This document shows, in pieces, positions 1 through 10,265 of a DNA stretch of 64,000 bases. Position numbers and translations under genes: made by a program. Source of the stretch: Polyangiaceae bacterium (GTDB lineage: Bacteria > Myxococcota_A > Polyangia > Polyangiales > Polyangiaceae); contig CBDCTZ010000013.1 of the NCBI GenBank assembly GCA_965222375.1, forward strand, positions 512,001-576,000. Reading direction: 5' to 3'. Under the pieces are notes generated by a model. The model searched no databases. It was not told the origin of the DNA and was given only the letters and a program-made list of their open reading frames with translations. Each line of letters begins with the position of its first letter. The first letter of the stretch is position 1.

Positions 1-1164
1 GAGCGCCCAATCTTCGACGCAATGCGTGCGCAGAATCCCTACACACCACGCTTTGCCGCGCGGCAGGCGGCCGCGCGAGAGTGGAACGCTGAGTTCTTCA
101 ACCAGCAAAACCCGGTGTACCAAAAGATGTACTCGGGTCCCCGTGCCATCGGAGCTGGTTCCAACCAACAGGGTTTGCCCCGCACCCGCCCAAAAACCCG
201 GGGGCAGTTCGGCTTGCTACTCAGCCGTTACTTCAAGGTGAAGGTCCGAGACGTCACCGGCACGGTCATCATGCTGGCACAGGCGCCCATCATCGGTGTG
301 TTGTTGGCGTTCGTCTTCGGCGGCCAGAAAGACGCAATCCCATACTGGTGTCTGGGGGCGCTGCAGGAATTGGCACGGCGCAGCGGCGGCCTCGAGGGCA
401 CCAACGACATGTTGAAGAACATGCAAACCACGACGGACCATTCCGGCGCAGCTTTCTTCTTGGTCGTCGCAGCAGTCTGGTTCGGAACGAGCAACGCCGC
501 TCGGGAGATCGTCAGCGAACGGGCCATCTACCTCCGCGAACGCATGGTGAACCTCAAGCTGTTCAACTACGTGTTTTCCAAGTTTTTCCTGCTCTCCTTC
601 TTCTGCGTGATTCAGTGCACGGTACTTCTGGGCATCGTCTTCTTCGCGCTGGGCTTCAATGGCGGCCCCCAGGCATTTGCCATTCAGCTGGCGACACTGA
701 TCGTCACCGCGATGAATAGCGTCGCCGTTGGACTGATGGTGAGCACTCTGGTCATGAGCAGCGAGGCGGCAATGGCGCTGACGCCCATCGCTTTGATTCC
801 TCAGGTGGTACTGGGCGGGATCATGGTTCCCATGACCACAAACCCGTGGCTGGAATACCCCATGTATCTGATTCCGGCCCGTTGGGGATTCCAAGGAGTC
901 GTCGCCCAGGAGCGGTTGGCGATTGCGGACGACTCGGCTTGGATCATGGATCTCAACAAGCCGCAAACCAACAGCCCCGACAACTTCGTCTTTCAAGGCA
1001 AATTCAAGTGCGCCGAAGCTCAAATCGCGAGCATGGACTTCAACGGCGCCTGGGGGTTCGAGACCTACGAACTGGTGTGGCTTCCGCCGGCAGTGCTCGG
1101 CGCAATGATGTTCGCGACCTTGATCTGGATTCTGATCACGCTGAAGCGGCGGGACTCGATTTAG
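1..1164 (+). CDS. ABC transporter, C-terminal ABC-2 type permease part (5' truncated by window edge; probably an ATPase-permease fusion)
   Basis: Frame open from base 1; multiple TM helices; WFGTSNAAREIVSERAIYLRER, PIALIPQVVLGG and PARWGF motifs typical of ABC-2 membrane domains. Confidence 0.85.
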   Translation, partial: ERPIFDAMRAQNPYTPRFAARQAAAREWNAEFFNQQNPVYQKMYSGPRAIGAGSNQQGLPRTRPKTRGQFGLLLSRYFKVKVRDVTGTVIMLAQAPIIGVLLAFVFGGQKDAIPYWCLGALQELARRSGGLEGTNDMLKNMQTTTDHSGAAFFLVVAAVWFGTSNAAREIVSERAIYLRERMVNLKLFNYVFSKFFLLSFFCVIQCTVLLGIVFFALGFNGGPQAFAIQLATLIVTAMNSVAVGLMVSTLVMSSEAAMALTPIALIPQVVLGGIMVPMTTNPWLEYPMYLIPARWGFQGVVAQERLAIADDSAWIMDLNKPQTNSPDNFVFQGKFKCAEAQIASMDFNGAWGFETYELVWLPPAVLGAMMFATLIWILITLKRRDSI

Positions 1165-1187
1165 CGAGAATGGCGCCTGCCTCGGTC

Positions 1188-1766
1188 TCAGTTTCTGCCG
1201 AAAGACAACCAGACCCCGCCGTCCTCCACCGTGAACCGGCGGCGGCTGAGGCGCGTAGCGATCTTGCCGAGGAAATCTCCGAAGGACTTGGCGACGACTT
1301 CCCTAGGGCGTGACGCGGTCGCATAGAAGTAGAAGACCTGGCCAACATGCCCCCGGGGACCCGGGTCTAGGTCGACCACGTACCCATCCTGTCCGCTCTC
1401 GGTGACGGGAAGCCAAGCCGGCGACCAGAACCTATCGTTCTTGATCTTGCGGTCCCGGGTCAGCGGGCAGGGTGCAGCCCACTCTGGCGCATCCATGCGC
1501 GCACGGTGGGAATCCCAGCGGCGCTGAATCTGTTCCAAAGAGAGCAAGCGCTCGTCGTTGAAGAGGCGGACCAGCGTGCCGTTCATGCCATCGTGATGCG
1601 CGAGGGACGCACGCAAGTCCTTGGGTAGTTTTGCGCCCACTCGTCGCTCCAGCTTGCGCAGATGTTTCGCTTCCGCAGGCCCGGCCAGGGCGCCCGCGAC
1701 TTCCGGGGCGACCTTGTCGAGAGCCTTCTCTATCCGCTGCCAGGTGCGAGCCAGGTCGACCGTCAC
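1188..1766 (-). CDS. SMI1/KNR4 (SUKH) family protein
   Basis: LAGPA...LERRVGAKLPKDLRASLAHHDG, WSPAWLPV, VDLDPGPRGHVGQV motifs; start uncertain (GTG 1766 or 1772). Confidence 0.85.
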   Translation of the reverse strand: MTVDLARTWQRIEKALDKVAPEVAGALAGPAEAKHLRKLERRVGAKLPKDLRASLAHHDGMNGTLVRLFNDERLLSLEQIQRRWDSHRARMDAPEWAAPCPLTRDRKIKNDRFWSPAWLPVTESGQDGYVVDLDPGPRGHVGQVFYFYATASRPREVVAKSFGDFLGKIATRLSRRRFTVEDGGVWLSFGRN

Positions 1767-1904
1767 GACCACAGCATCAGTCAGCCCGGCGAAAAAATGA
1801 ACCAGCAATCTTGTCGGATCCTGGGTTTTGGGGGCGGTTCGACTTTGTAGCTCCCTAGGCAGCGCCGGCGGGCGCGGTCGGGCGCATGACGATATGCTGT
1901 CGCC

Positions 1905-2894
1905 ATGGTCAAAAGGGGACCCGCGACGCTACTGCTCGCACTCTACTTCGCGGGGTGTTCGGAGGCCGAGGAAACGGCGGAACCGCCGAGCTTCATCGTC
2001 GTGACTTTCAACACGGGCACGACTGAGACCATGGGCAGTCAGAACCCTGATGATGGCTACGGCCCTGCCGAAGCTGCCCGCAGTGATCAGCACTACGGAG
2101 ACGGTTTGGCGTGGCCCGCCGTCATCGAAGACACGCGGCGGTTCCTGGCGGACGTTGCCCCGGACATCATCGGCTTCCAGGAGGTATTCTATTCGGGAGA
2201 GTGCGAGACGATTCCAGACGCCGAAAAAGCCGGTTTCGTCTGCGAGACCTGGCAAACCGGCGACCCCACCGTGGCACAGGTGATCCTGGGCGAGGGCTAT
2301 CAGGTCGCTTGCCACATGGGAAAGAGTGACAAGTGCCTCGCGGTGAAAACGCGCTTCGCGACGATTCAAGGATGCCAGCAGGACCTGTGTTTGGACTTCC
2401 TGGACGGTGCCGAAATACCGGGGTGTGGCAGCGGGTCGCGCATTGGGCGCGCGCAACTCAGCCTGGCAGACGGGGGCAGCCTAGTGGTCGTCAACGTTCA
2501 CGGCTCCTCGGGGCTGAAGCTGGACGACACCCAGTGCCGCACCAAGCAGTTCGCCCTGGTCTTCGAAGACATGAACGGTAGCCCCGCTGCAAACGGCGAT
2601 CGCAACATCATCGTCGGGGACCTGAACACGGACCCGGGCCGCGCAGATACCTTCGACCCCAGTGCCCAGAAGCTCAACGTGCACGTCGGCGAAGGTAAGC
2701 GTTTTCAGTTCATCACCGAGGTCGGACCCGACGCGGTCCCGACTTACGCAGGGAGCTTCAACATCGACCATGTGGTCAGTGACGCCTTTTCCGGCAGTTG
2801 CTGGGCGGCCGGAGTGACGGAGGGGCATCCCGCCGTCACCCAAGTTGCCTACTTCGACCACACCCCGGGCGTGTGCCGCCTCCGGGGTCCCTAG
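1905..2894 (+). CDS. Endonuclease/exonuclease/phosphatase (EEP) family lipoprotein
   Basis: Lipobox FAGC; TFN, GFQE, GDLN, IDH, FDH motifs. Confidence 0.85.
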   Translation: MVKRGPATLLLALYFAGCSEAEETAEPPSFIVVTFNTGTTETMGSQNPDDGYGPAEAARSDQHYGDGLAWPAVIEDTRRFLADVAPDIIGFQEVFYSGECETIPDAEKAGFVCETWQTGDPTVAQVILGEGYQVACHMGKSDKCLAVKTRFATIQGCQQDLCLDFLDGAEIPGCGSGSRIGRAQLSLADGGSLVVVNVHGSSGLKLDDTQCRTKQFALVFEDMNGSPAANGDRNIIVGDLNTDPGRADTFDPSAQKLNVHVGEGKRFQFITEVGPDAVPTYAGSFNIDHVVSDAFSGSCWAAGVTEGHPAVTQVAYFDHTPGVCRLRGP

Positions 2895-2897
2895 CGC

Positions 2898-3317
2898 TCA
2901 GTCGTAGTCGACCACGCGAACACCGCGTACCCGACGTTGCTCTTCGGTTGCGGCACGCAGCGCCTCATACAACCTGACCACGTCCGTTGGCAGCGCTTCC
3001 AGACGAAGCGCCGGCGTAGAGGAATCCATCGCCTCGAGAATGAGATTCCCAGTCCCCAAAACCCGCTGCCCGAAAGGTCGCTCCACGATGTAGTCGACGA
3101 TGCGATACAGATCCACCTGCTCCATGCGCTTGGAGAACAGCCCGTGCTCCACGACCACTCGTTCGGTCGTGATGCGAAAGAATTTGGACCGGGAACGCAC
3201 GAAGAACACTATCAGCGCGAGACCCAGGGTCAGCACGCAGATCACCAAGCTCCCTACCCCCGGTAGTACCGCCGGGTGTCCCGAAAACAGGACTTGCTCC
3301 GACTCGCGACCGGTCAT
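2898..3317 (-). CDS. Bacterial PH domain (bPH_2) membrane protein
   Basis: One TM then FRITTERVVVEHGLFSK...QRVLGTGNL; ATGA overlap with the glgP stop. Confidence 0.8.
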   Translation of the reverse strand: MTGRESEQVLFSGHPAVLPGVGSLVICVLTLGLALIVFFVRSRSKFFRITTERVVVEHGLFSKRMEQVDLYRIVDYIVERPFGQRVLGTGNLILEAMDSSTPALRLEALPTDVVRLYEALRAATEEQRRVRGVRVVDYD

Positions 3318-5785
3318 CGGTCCTTCACCGGGACGTCCCAGATCTCTCGCGCGTAGCTCATGATGGTGCGGTCGCTCGAAAACCAGCCCATTCGCGCAAC
3401 GTTCAAGATGGACCTCCGGGTCCATTCCGCCGGGTCACGATACACCTGCTCCAAGGTATTTTGAGTCAACGCATAGCTTCGGTAGTCAGCCACCACGAAG
3501 TAGCGGTCCCCTTCTTCGGTCAACGCATCGACCAGCGGCTTGAAACGGGCAGGTTCGTCGGGACTGAACAGTCCGCCGGAGACAGCCTCCAGGGCAGCTC
3601 TCAGCTCCGAATCCGCTTGGATGATCGGATTCGGGTCGTAGCCCTCCCGCTGCTGGGACGCGATTTCCTCGGTCGTCAGACCGAAGATGAAGATGTTCTC
3701 CTGACCGACACACTCTCGCATTTCGATGTTGGCCCCATCCAGCGTCCCAATGGTCAGTGCGCCGTTTAACGCGAACTTCATGTTCCCGGTTCCCGAGGCC
3801 TCCATGCCAGCCGTGGAAATCTGTTCTGAAACATCGCTTGCGGGAATGATGAGTTCCGCTTGACTCACGCCGTAGTTCGGAACGAAGAGCACACTCAACT
3901 TGCTGCGTGTCACGGGATCGCCATTGACCTTCGCAGCCACGGCGTTGATCAACCGCACTATCTCCTTGGCCACGGCGTAGCCCGGGGCCGCTTTGCCAGC
4001 GAAAACAAACGTCCTCGGCACAACCTCTTGGGCGGGGTTTTCCCTCAGGCTCAGGTAGCGCGCGACGACGTGAATCAGATTCAAGACCTGTCGCTTGTAC
4101 TCGTGGATGCGCTTCACCTGAGCGTCGATCAAATGCCCTGCGTCGAGTTCGACGCCGTGCTCCAACCGCATGTATCGCGCAAAGCGCTCCTTGTTCTTCG
4201 TCTTCACGTCTCGCCAGGCAGCTTGAAAGTCTGGACTGTTCGCGTGCTCTTCCAGGGCTTCCAGGGCCGTCAGCTTTCGCTTCCAGTCGGTGCCAATCCG
4301 AGACGTGATCAGGGCCGAGAGGTCCGGATTGCATTTCTGCAGCCAGCGTCGCGGAGTGACACCGTTGGTCTGATTCGTGAATTTCGAGGGGTAGAATTCA
4401 TGAAAATCGCGAAACAACTGCTCGCGCAGCAGCCGAGAGTGCAACTCGGACACTCCGTTGACCCGATGCGCACCGACGATAGCCAGGTGGGCCATGCGCA
4501 CTTGGCGATCGGGCCCTTCCTGAATCAGGCTCATGCGCTGCACGCGCGCCAGATCGCCAGGGTAGCGCGCTCGGACTTCCCGCAAGAAGCGATCGTTGAT
4601 CTCGTAAATGATCTGCAAATGCCTGGGCAGCAGGCGCTCCAACATCCAGGCCGGCCAGCGCTCGAGTGCCTCCGGCAAAATCGTGTGGTTCGTGTAGGCC
4701 AAGCAGCGGGTCGTGATGGTCCAGGCCAGGTCCCACTCCATCTGATGGCGGTCGATCAGCAATCGCATCAGCTCCGCAACGGCAAGAGCCGGGTGCGTGT
4801 CGTTCAGTTGGAATATCGCCTTGTTGTGTAGATCCGTGAGGTCCGAATGCCGCGCCAGGTGGCGTGACAACGCATCCTGCAGCGTGGCGGAGACGAGAAA
4901 ATACTCCTGCTTCAAGCGGAGTTCTTTGCCCGCCAGCTGAGAATCGTTGGGGTACAGGACGCGAGAGATGCTCTCGGTCTCGGCCTTCTGCTCGACAGCG
5001 CCGATGTAGTCTCCGCGGTTGAAATATTCGAGTTCGAATGCCTGGGTCGACTTCGCTGACCACAGCCGCAGGGTATTGACTACGTCATTCTTGTAGCCGG
5101 GCACTGGGTTGTCGTAGGCGACCGCAAGCACCTGGTGCGTATCGACCCACTCGCACACCATCCGTCCGCTTGGCGATGTGTACTGGATGACCCTTCCGCC
5201 AAAGTGCACGGCGTAGCGCCGCTCGGGTCGCTCGAACTCCCAGGGATTGCCATAGCGCAGCCAGTTGTCGGGTCGCTCCACTTGCTGACCTCGCACGATG
5301 TCCTGGCGGAAGATGCCGTATTGGTAACGGATGCCATAGCCCATGCCCGGGATCCCCAGCGTTGCCATGGAGTCCAAAAAGCACGCAGCGAGCCGGCCGA
5401 GGCCACCATTGCCCAAACCAGCGTCATGTTCCTGATTGAAGACGTCCGCTGCGTCCACCCCCGCGCTCTGCAGGGCTTGCTTCATTTCGCCCCAGGCGCC
5501 CAGGTTCACGAGGGCATCCTCCAGCAGGCGCCCGAGGAGAAACTCCATCGACAAGTAGTAAACGCGCTTTGGCTGCTCAGAAACGAATCGTTCGATGGTC
5601 GGCGTCCAGCGATCCGCCAAGCGATCCCGCACGGTGCGAGCTGTCGCGACGAAGTGATCGAGCTGGGTCGCAACCCTCGGATCTTTGCCTTGCGTGTGGC
5701 GCAGATGGTCGAGGAAGTCCCGCTCGAGCGCCTCCGGAGAAAGCGAGAGGGGTTCGCCGCCACCTTTACCTATTGGGGAGTTCAT
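3314..5785 (-). CDS. glgP: Glycogen/starch/alpha-glucan phosphorylase
   Basis: GLGNGGLGRLAACF, QLNDTHP, KRIHEYKRQ and EASGTGNMK (PLP lysine) motifs; 823 aa. Confidence 0.98.
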   Translation of the reverse strand: MNSPIGKGGGEPLSLSPEALERDFLDHLRHTQGKDPRVATQLDHFVATARTVRDRLADRWTPTIERFVSEQPKRVYYLSMEFLLGRLLEDALVNLGAWGEMKQALQSAGVDAADVFNQEHDAGLGNGGLGRLAACFLDSMATLGIPGMGYGIRYQYGIFRQDIVRGQQVERPDNWLRYGNPWEFERPERRYAVHFGGRVIQYTSPSGRMVCEWVDTHQVLAVAYDNPVPGYKNDVVNTLRLWSAKSTQAFELEYFNRGDYIGAVEQKAETESISRVLYPNDSQLAGKELRLKQEYFLVSATLQDALSRHLARHSDLTDLHNKAIFQLNDTHPALAVAELMRLLIDRHQMEWDLAWTITTRCLAYTNHTILPEALERWPAWMLERLLPRHLQIIYEINDRFLREVRARYPGDLARVQRMSLIQEGPDRQVRMAHLAIVGAHRVNGVSELHSRLLREQLFRDFHEFYPSKFTNQTNGVTPRRWLQKCNPDLSALITSRIGTDWKRKLTALEALEEHANSPDFQAAWRDVKTKNKERFARYMRLEHGVELDAGHLIDAQVKRIHEYKRQVLNLIHVVARYLSLRENPAQEVVPRTFVFAGKAAPGYAVAKEIVRLINAVAAKVNGDPVTRSKLSVLFVPNYGVSQAELIIPASDVSEQISTAGMEASGTGNMKFALNGALTIGTLDGANIEMRECVGQENIFIFGLTTEEIASQQREGYDPNPIIQADSELRAALEAVSGGLFSPDEPARFKPLVDALTEEGDRYFVVADYRSYALTQNTLEQVYRDPAEWTRRSILNVARMGWFSSDRTIMSYAREIWDVPVKDR

Positions 5786-5816
5786 TGGCCGAACGTAGAC
5801 CAGGACGGCGCGAGTT

Positions 5817-6062
5817 TCACGGGCCGAGGGGCCGCCGGGCGGCGCGAGCGCTTCTGATATCCTTCGCCCGGCGGCAGGCCCCCTCGTTCAGGCGGTCGCA
5901 CGCCTTTTCGCACGCTTCTAGGTTTCCGCTCCAGCACGCGTCGCGCTGGCGGGCCAGATCACGCTCTCTGCTGAGGGAAGCGGCGAAAATCAGCGCGAAG
6001 CCCAAGAGGGCAGCCAAAGCAACCACAAAGCGGGCTCGATTTATGCTTCTCGGCCTTGCCAA
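5817..6062 (-). CDS. Small hypothetical membrane/secreted Cys-containing protein
   Basis: Hydrophobic N-terminal helix and ACxxGNLEAC...AC pattern; fills the gap between glgP and the next gene. Confidence 0.5.
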   Translation of the reverse strand: MARPRSINRARFVVALAALLGFALIFAASLSRERDLARQRDACWSGNLEACEKACDRLNEGACRRAKDIRSARAARRPLGP

Positions 6063-6103
6063 GCTGAAACCCCGGCGCCAGGTTTAGCGTACTTAGAGTA
6101 CCT

Positions 6104-6595
6104 ATGAAATCCTTGGCAATCCTCGGAGCTGGCGCCCTTGTCGCTGGCGGCGTTTGGCTCACGCGATCGACTCCCGTCGAGGCGGCATCGGAAACCCCCG
6201 CGGCCAAGTCCGCTGCTCAGGGGCAACGCCGAGTGCGCGCCGTGGGACAGCTTGGCCCTGGACGCGGAACGCTCATCCTCGAGCTCAAGGCTCCCAAGGG
6301 GGGCAAGTTGACCGACGGGGCGCCGCTGTCCGTCAAGGGCCGCGGCCAGGACATCCGAGTCACGCCAGTGAAGGGCAAGCTGAGAGTCGACAAGCTCCCA
6401 GTCCGCGTCCCCGTCGACGTCGCTGACGGAGCCACGGGTCCGGTGGAACTCGACGTCTCGTTCTACTGGTGTCGACAAGACGGCAAGGGTCGCACCGCCG
6501 CTTGCTCGCCAGAGAAAGGCAGGGTCGTGGTGGACTTGGATCTGACCGGCGACGCCGCTGGCGGCGAAGCTTTCTTCCCGTACCGGGTCCGCTGA
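6104..6595 (+). CDS. Hypothetical exported beta-sandwich protein
   Basis: N-terminal signal/anchor; FYWC...AC Cys pair; fits gene packing. Confidence 0.7.
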   Translation: MKSLAILGAGALVAGGVWLTRSTPVEAASETPAAKSAAQGQRRVRAVGQLGPGRGTLILELKAPKGGKLTDGAPLSVKGRGQDIRVTPVKGKLRVDKLPVRVPVDVADGATGPVELDVSFYWCRQDGKGRTAACSPEKGRVVVDLDLTGDAAGGEAFFPYRVR

Positions 6596-6700
6596 CGCGC
6601 CAGCGGGACTTCCACGCGCAGCTGCCGCCTTCCGCGCGTTTTTCGGGTGCGGGCCCCAGTGCTTGTCTTGAGCCCCACCGTCGCGGATAATTTCGCTGCT

Positions 6701-8026
6701 ATGGTCAGAACGGATTTGCCCTGGGTTCCACAGCCCGGCGATGTTCTGGCCGACAAGTATCGCGTCGAGCAATTGGTCGGCGCCGGCGGCATGGGTGCCG
6801 TCGTCACCGCAATCCAGCAGGAGCTTGGCCGCCGCGTCGCCATCAAGCTGATGCCGCCACAGGCTGCGGCATCGCAACAGGCCGTGGAGCGGTTCTTGCG
6901 AGAAGCTCGGGCCGCTTCATCCATTTCCAACGACCACGTGGTCCGAATATTCGACGTAGGCCGAATGCCCGACGGCGTGCCGTTCATGGTGATGGAGTAC
7001 TTACCCGGCGTCACTCTCGACAACGTCGTGCAAGCCCGGGGGCCCCTGCCCGTAGCAGAAGCGGTGGACTACGTGCTTCAGGCGTGCATCGCGCTAGCCG
7101 AGTGTCACAGCCTGGGGATCGTGCACCGAGATCTCAAGCCCGAAAACATCATGCTCGTTCAGCGCCCGGGTCAGCTGGGATTCGTCAAGGTGCTCGACTT
7201 CGGAATTTCGAAAAGCGAGTGGATGAGTCTGGATCCCGGATTCACCCCAAACCTCACTGGCACGACGGACGTCTTTGGCACGCCAACCCACATGTCGCCG
7301 GAGCAAGTGCGGAGCAGCAAGTCCGTGGACAACCGTGCCGACATTTGGGCGCTGGGCGTGGTGATGTACGAGATCCTGACCGGCGTACCGCCGTTCATGG
7401 CCGACACGCTCCCGGCGCTCTCTGCAATGATCGTCAGCGACGAGCCGCCCCATCCGACTCAGCGACGCGCGGACATTCCGCCTGAGCTTGCAGCCGTGGT
7501 GCTGGGGTGCCTTTCGAAACAAGCCGAGGAGCGGCCGCAGAGCGTGTCGCAACTGGCCGAGATGCTCCGGCCCTTCGCAGCCTCCGCTTCCGTTTCGCAC
7601 ATAGAACGAATCCAGAACATAGCGGCGGCCGACCCCTTGGAGGCGAGCCGCCCCTGGCCCAAGGCCGCCCTGCGCCCGAGGGAGACGGCTTCGGCGTGGG
7701 GCACAACCCACCGCCGCCGTTCCTCCACGAACCGAAACGTGTTTTTCGGCGTGCTCGCTGGAGTCATCGTGTTTGGCGCGGTGCTGGGAGGGCTTCTATT
7801 GGTGCGCAGTCGGCAGCCCGATGCGACCCCAATGGTGGTCCAAGCGAGCGCGGAGCCTTCTCCTAGCCCAGCGGCCCAGCCCAGCCCGGCCCCCACCCGA
7901 GAAGGGCCCCCAGCGGAGCCGAGAAAGCCTGATGCGGCGGTGGCGGATGCGGGAACTACCACCGCAAGACCGAAGCAGCCTAGAGTGAAGCCTCGCCGTG
8001 ACGAAGCGCTGGACGATCGCTACTAG
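6701..8026 (+). CDS. Membrane Ser/Thr protein kinase (Hanks type)
   Basis: GAGGMG, VAIK, HRDLKPEN, DFG, SPEQ, DIWALG; TM and Pro-rich tail; start at ATG 6701. Confidence 0.97.
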   Translation: MVRTDLPWVPQPGDVLADKYRVEQLVGAGGMGAVVTAIQQELGRRVAIKLMPPQAAASQQAVERFLREARAASSISNDHVVRIFDVGRMPDGVPFMVMEYLPGVTLDNVVQARGPLPVAEAVDYVLQACIALAECHSLGIVHRDLKPENIMLVQRPGQLGFVKVLDFGISKSEWMSLDPGFTPNLTGTTDVFGTPTHMSPEQVRSSKSVDNRADIWALGVVMYEILTGVPPFMADTLPALSAMIVSDEPPHPTQRRADIPPELAAVVLGCLSKQAEERPQSVSQLAEMLRPFAASASVSHIERIQNIAAADPLEASRPWPKAALRPRETASAWGTTHRRRSSTNRNVFFGVLAGVIVFGAVLGGLLLVRSRQPDATPMVVQASAEPSPSPAAQPSPAPTREGPPAEPRKPDAAVADAGTTTARPKQPRVKPRRDEALDDRY

Positions 8027-9035
8027 GACCGCCTCGGTGGCCTTGTGCCTGCTTATCTGCTGGCTGGAGCCCGCCCCGGCGTACGCCGAGGCGAGCGCCC
8101 AAGATCGCGCGACCGCCGAGGCGCTCTTTCGTGAAGCCAAGCGCTTGATGCGCAAGAAGAGTTATGCGGACGCGTGTCGCAAGCTCGAGGAGAGCCAACG
8201 CCTCGATCCCCAGGACGGCACCTTGCTCAACCTTGCCGTATGCCACGCGCGAGAGGGTAAGACCGCCAGTGCCTGGGCAGAGTTTCAGGCAGCGCTACAA
8301 CAGGCGCGGGCCGCAAGGCGCAAGGACCGCGTGCGCTTGGCCAAGCGCGAGATCCGAAGGTTGGAGCGCAGGCTGAGTCGCCTGACAATCGAAGTGCCAC
8401 CAGACGCGCGGGTCCCTGGGCTGGTCGTGACTCGGGCCAATTCCGAGGTTGGCGAAGCGGCCTGGGGGACTGCGGTTCCCGTCGACCCGGGGACTGTGGT
8501 CGTCACGATGCAGGCGCCGGAGTTCCGAGAGGACAGCATAGAAGTCACTCTGGAAGAAGCCGAAGACAAGACCATCACCCTGAAGCGACTCGAGGCGCTG
8601 CCCCCCAAGCCAAAGCCCGTGAAGGCCGAGCCCCAAAACCCCACCCGCGACGCGGAAGGCAAGAGCGAGGAGGAGAGCCGCAGGACCAAGCGCATGCTCG
8701 CCTACGTGGCTGGCGGAGTCGGCATTGCCGCTGTCGGCGTCGGTGCGTTTTTCGGACTGCGCGCCCTGAGCAAGAGCAGGGACAGTGACGATCGCTGTCA
8801 GGGCTCGCTCTGCGACCCGGAGGGACTGGAACTGGCAGACGAGGCGGACTCGGCGGCAACGGTTTCCAACATCGCCTTTGCCGTGGGCGCCGTCGGCATT
8901 GGAGCCGGCACCTATCTCTACTTCACGTCGATGCCCGAGTCGAAACCGGACGCTCGGGCACGCTCAAAACGTCCCCAGCTCAAGGCCACGATTGGCGCGG
9001 ACCGAGCAGGTATCGTAGTTAGAGGAGTATGGTGA
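7998..9035 (+). CDS. Exported TPR + PEGA-like protein with C-terminal membrane segments and terminal Trp
   Basis: Signal peptide; TPR (AEALFREA...TLLNLAVC); AVPVDPG PEGA-like region; ends GIVVRGVW. Confidence 0.85.
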   Translation: MTKRWTIATRTASVALCLLICWLEPAPAYAEASAQDRATAEALFREAKRLMRKKSYADACRKLEESQRLDPQDGTLLNLAVCHAREGKTASAWAEFQAALQQARAARRKDRVRLAKREIRRLERRLSRLTIEVPPDARVPGLVVTRANSEVGEAAWGTAVPVDPGTVVVTMQAPEFREDSIEVTLEEAEDKTITLKRLEALPPKPKPVKAEPQNPTRDAEGKSEEESRRTKRMLAYVAGGVGIAAVGVGAFFGLRALSKSRDSDDRCQGSLCDPEGLELADEADSAATVSNIAFAVGAVGIGAGTYLYFTSMPESKPDARARSKRPQLKATIGADRAGIVVRGVW

Positions 9036-10261
9036 GGCGCGCCGCCATCGTCGGTCTAGCTGCCCTTGGAGTGGCTAACGCCTGCCACTCCATTGCGGGG
9101 ATCGATGACAAGGAGCTCGACCCCAAATACTCCACGACCGTCAAGCCAGACGCGGCGCCCGACGTGGTCATCGCGGATAGCCAATGGGAAGCCGGGGCCA
9201 AGCCCAACGGCTGGTCCAAAGTCCCGCCGAACCGCCCCCCCGGCGCGCCGACCGCCTCCGGCAAAGGCGCTCGTCGCTTCTTCGCAGCACGCAACGTGTT
9301 CTTCGGAACCGTGAACCCATCGACCAAAGCCGAAGACCCGGACGCTTGGAAGGACATCGGTCACACCATCGATACCGAGGAAACGACTGCGAAGATCCTG
9401 CAGTCCGACTCATCCAACGTCTGTAACAAACGCCCCGGAGCCTCGGCAGACCTGCTCGTGGATGGCACCGAAGGGCGAGACAACGTTGGTGGCCACTTGA
9501 TGTCCTACGGAGCGTCCACGCTGTCTTTCAAGTTCGAGCTGAACACCAACAAGGACATCGAAGCCGGGAAGAAGCCGACCTATCTTCTGATGTTGGAGGA
9601 CCTGGACAACGGCGCGGATGATCCGTATGTGCCCGGCGCCATCTTCATCACCGTCAAGCGAGACCTCACGGTAGAACCCTTTCCTCTTTGGGATGGGTCC
9701 GACGCCTTCTACGTCGACGCCAACACCGTAGCCGGTAGCGCCAGTGACGGCGGGAACTCCGATGGGGGCAGCGCCGAAGCAAGCGCGGATGGGTCTGGCT
9801 CGAGCGCGTTCTTCCTCGTGCCGCGCTTCCGATTCCCGAAGGGTTATATGCGGGACAACATCTGGGTCAGTGGGGATTTCGGAGAAAACCCAATGACCAT
9901 TCCGCTGTACGCCTTCGACCCCGTCAACTTGGTCGACGCGGAATCCGTAAGCTTGGTTGCCGAACTGACTCAGCCGCACGATAGCATCATCCGCTCGATG
10001 ATGAGCGCGGCGATCAGCTTCGAGAGCATGGACGTGCAATTCCGACCCATTGCGACAAAGCTCGTCGAATGCAACGTGGTGCTCGCAAACGTCTTGATGG
10101 GCTTCTTGGGCAGCGCGATGGACCTAGCCAATTCGGCTCCTACCTTCGAGAAACCCGGTACGGAATGCGGTGCAATCAGTATGGGCTTCGCATTCGACTG
10201 GGTGCCGGTGAAGGCGCCCATCGGCTCGAAGGTGGTCCCACCGGAAGGTCAGTGTCCGTAG
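9029..10261 (+). CDS. Hypothetical lipoprotein
   Basis: Lipobox ANAC; overlaps upstream stop; 410 aa. Confidence 0.8.
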   Translation: MVRRAAIVGLAALGVANACHSIAGIDDKELDPKYSTTVKPDAAPDVVIADSQWEAGAKPNGWSKVPPNRPPGAPTASGKGARRFFAARNVFFGTVNPSTKAEDPDAWKDIGHTIDTEETTAKILQSDSSNVCNKRPGASADLLVDGTEGRDNVGGHLMSYGASTLSFKFELNTNKDIEAGKKPTYLLMLEDLDNGADDPYVPGAIFITVKRDLTVEPFPLWDGSDAFYVDANTVAGSASDGGNSDGGSAEASADGSGSSAFFLVPRFRFPKGYMRDNIWVSGDFGENPMTIPLYAFDPVNLVDAESVSLVAELTQPHDSIIRSMMSAAISFESMDVQFRPIATKLVECNVVLANVLMGFLGSAMDLANSAPTFEKPGTECGAISMGFAFDWVPVKAPIGSKVVPPEGQCP

Positions 10262-10265
10262 CCGC

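Noticed and set aside
3461..5857. Long antisense ORFs over glgP (similar ones over A2M, OsmC fusion and the MutS-like gene)
   Set aside because: Expected from high-GC codon bias; no motifs
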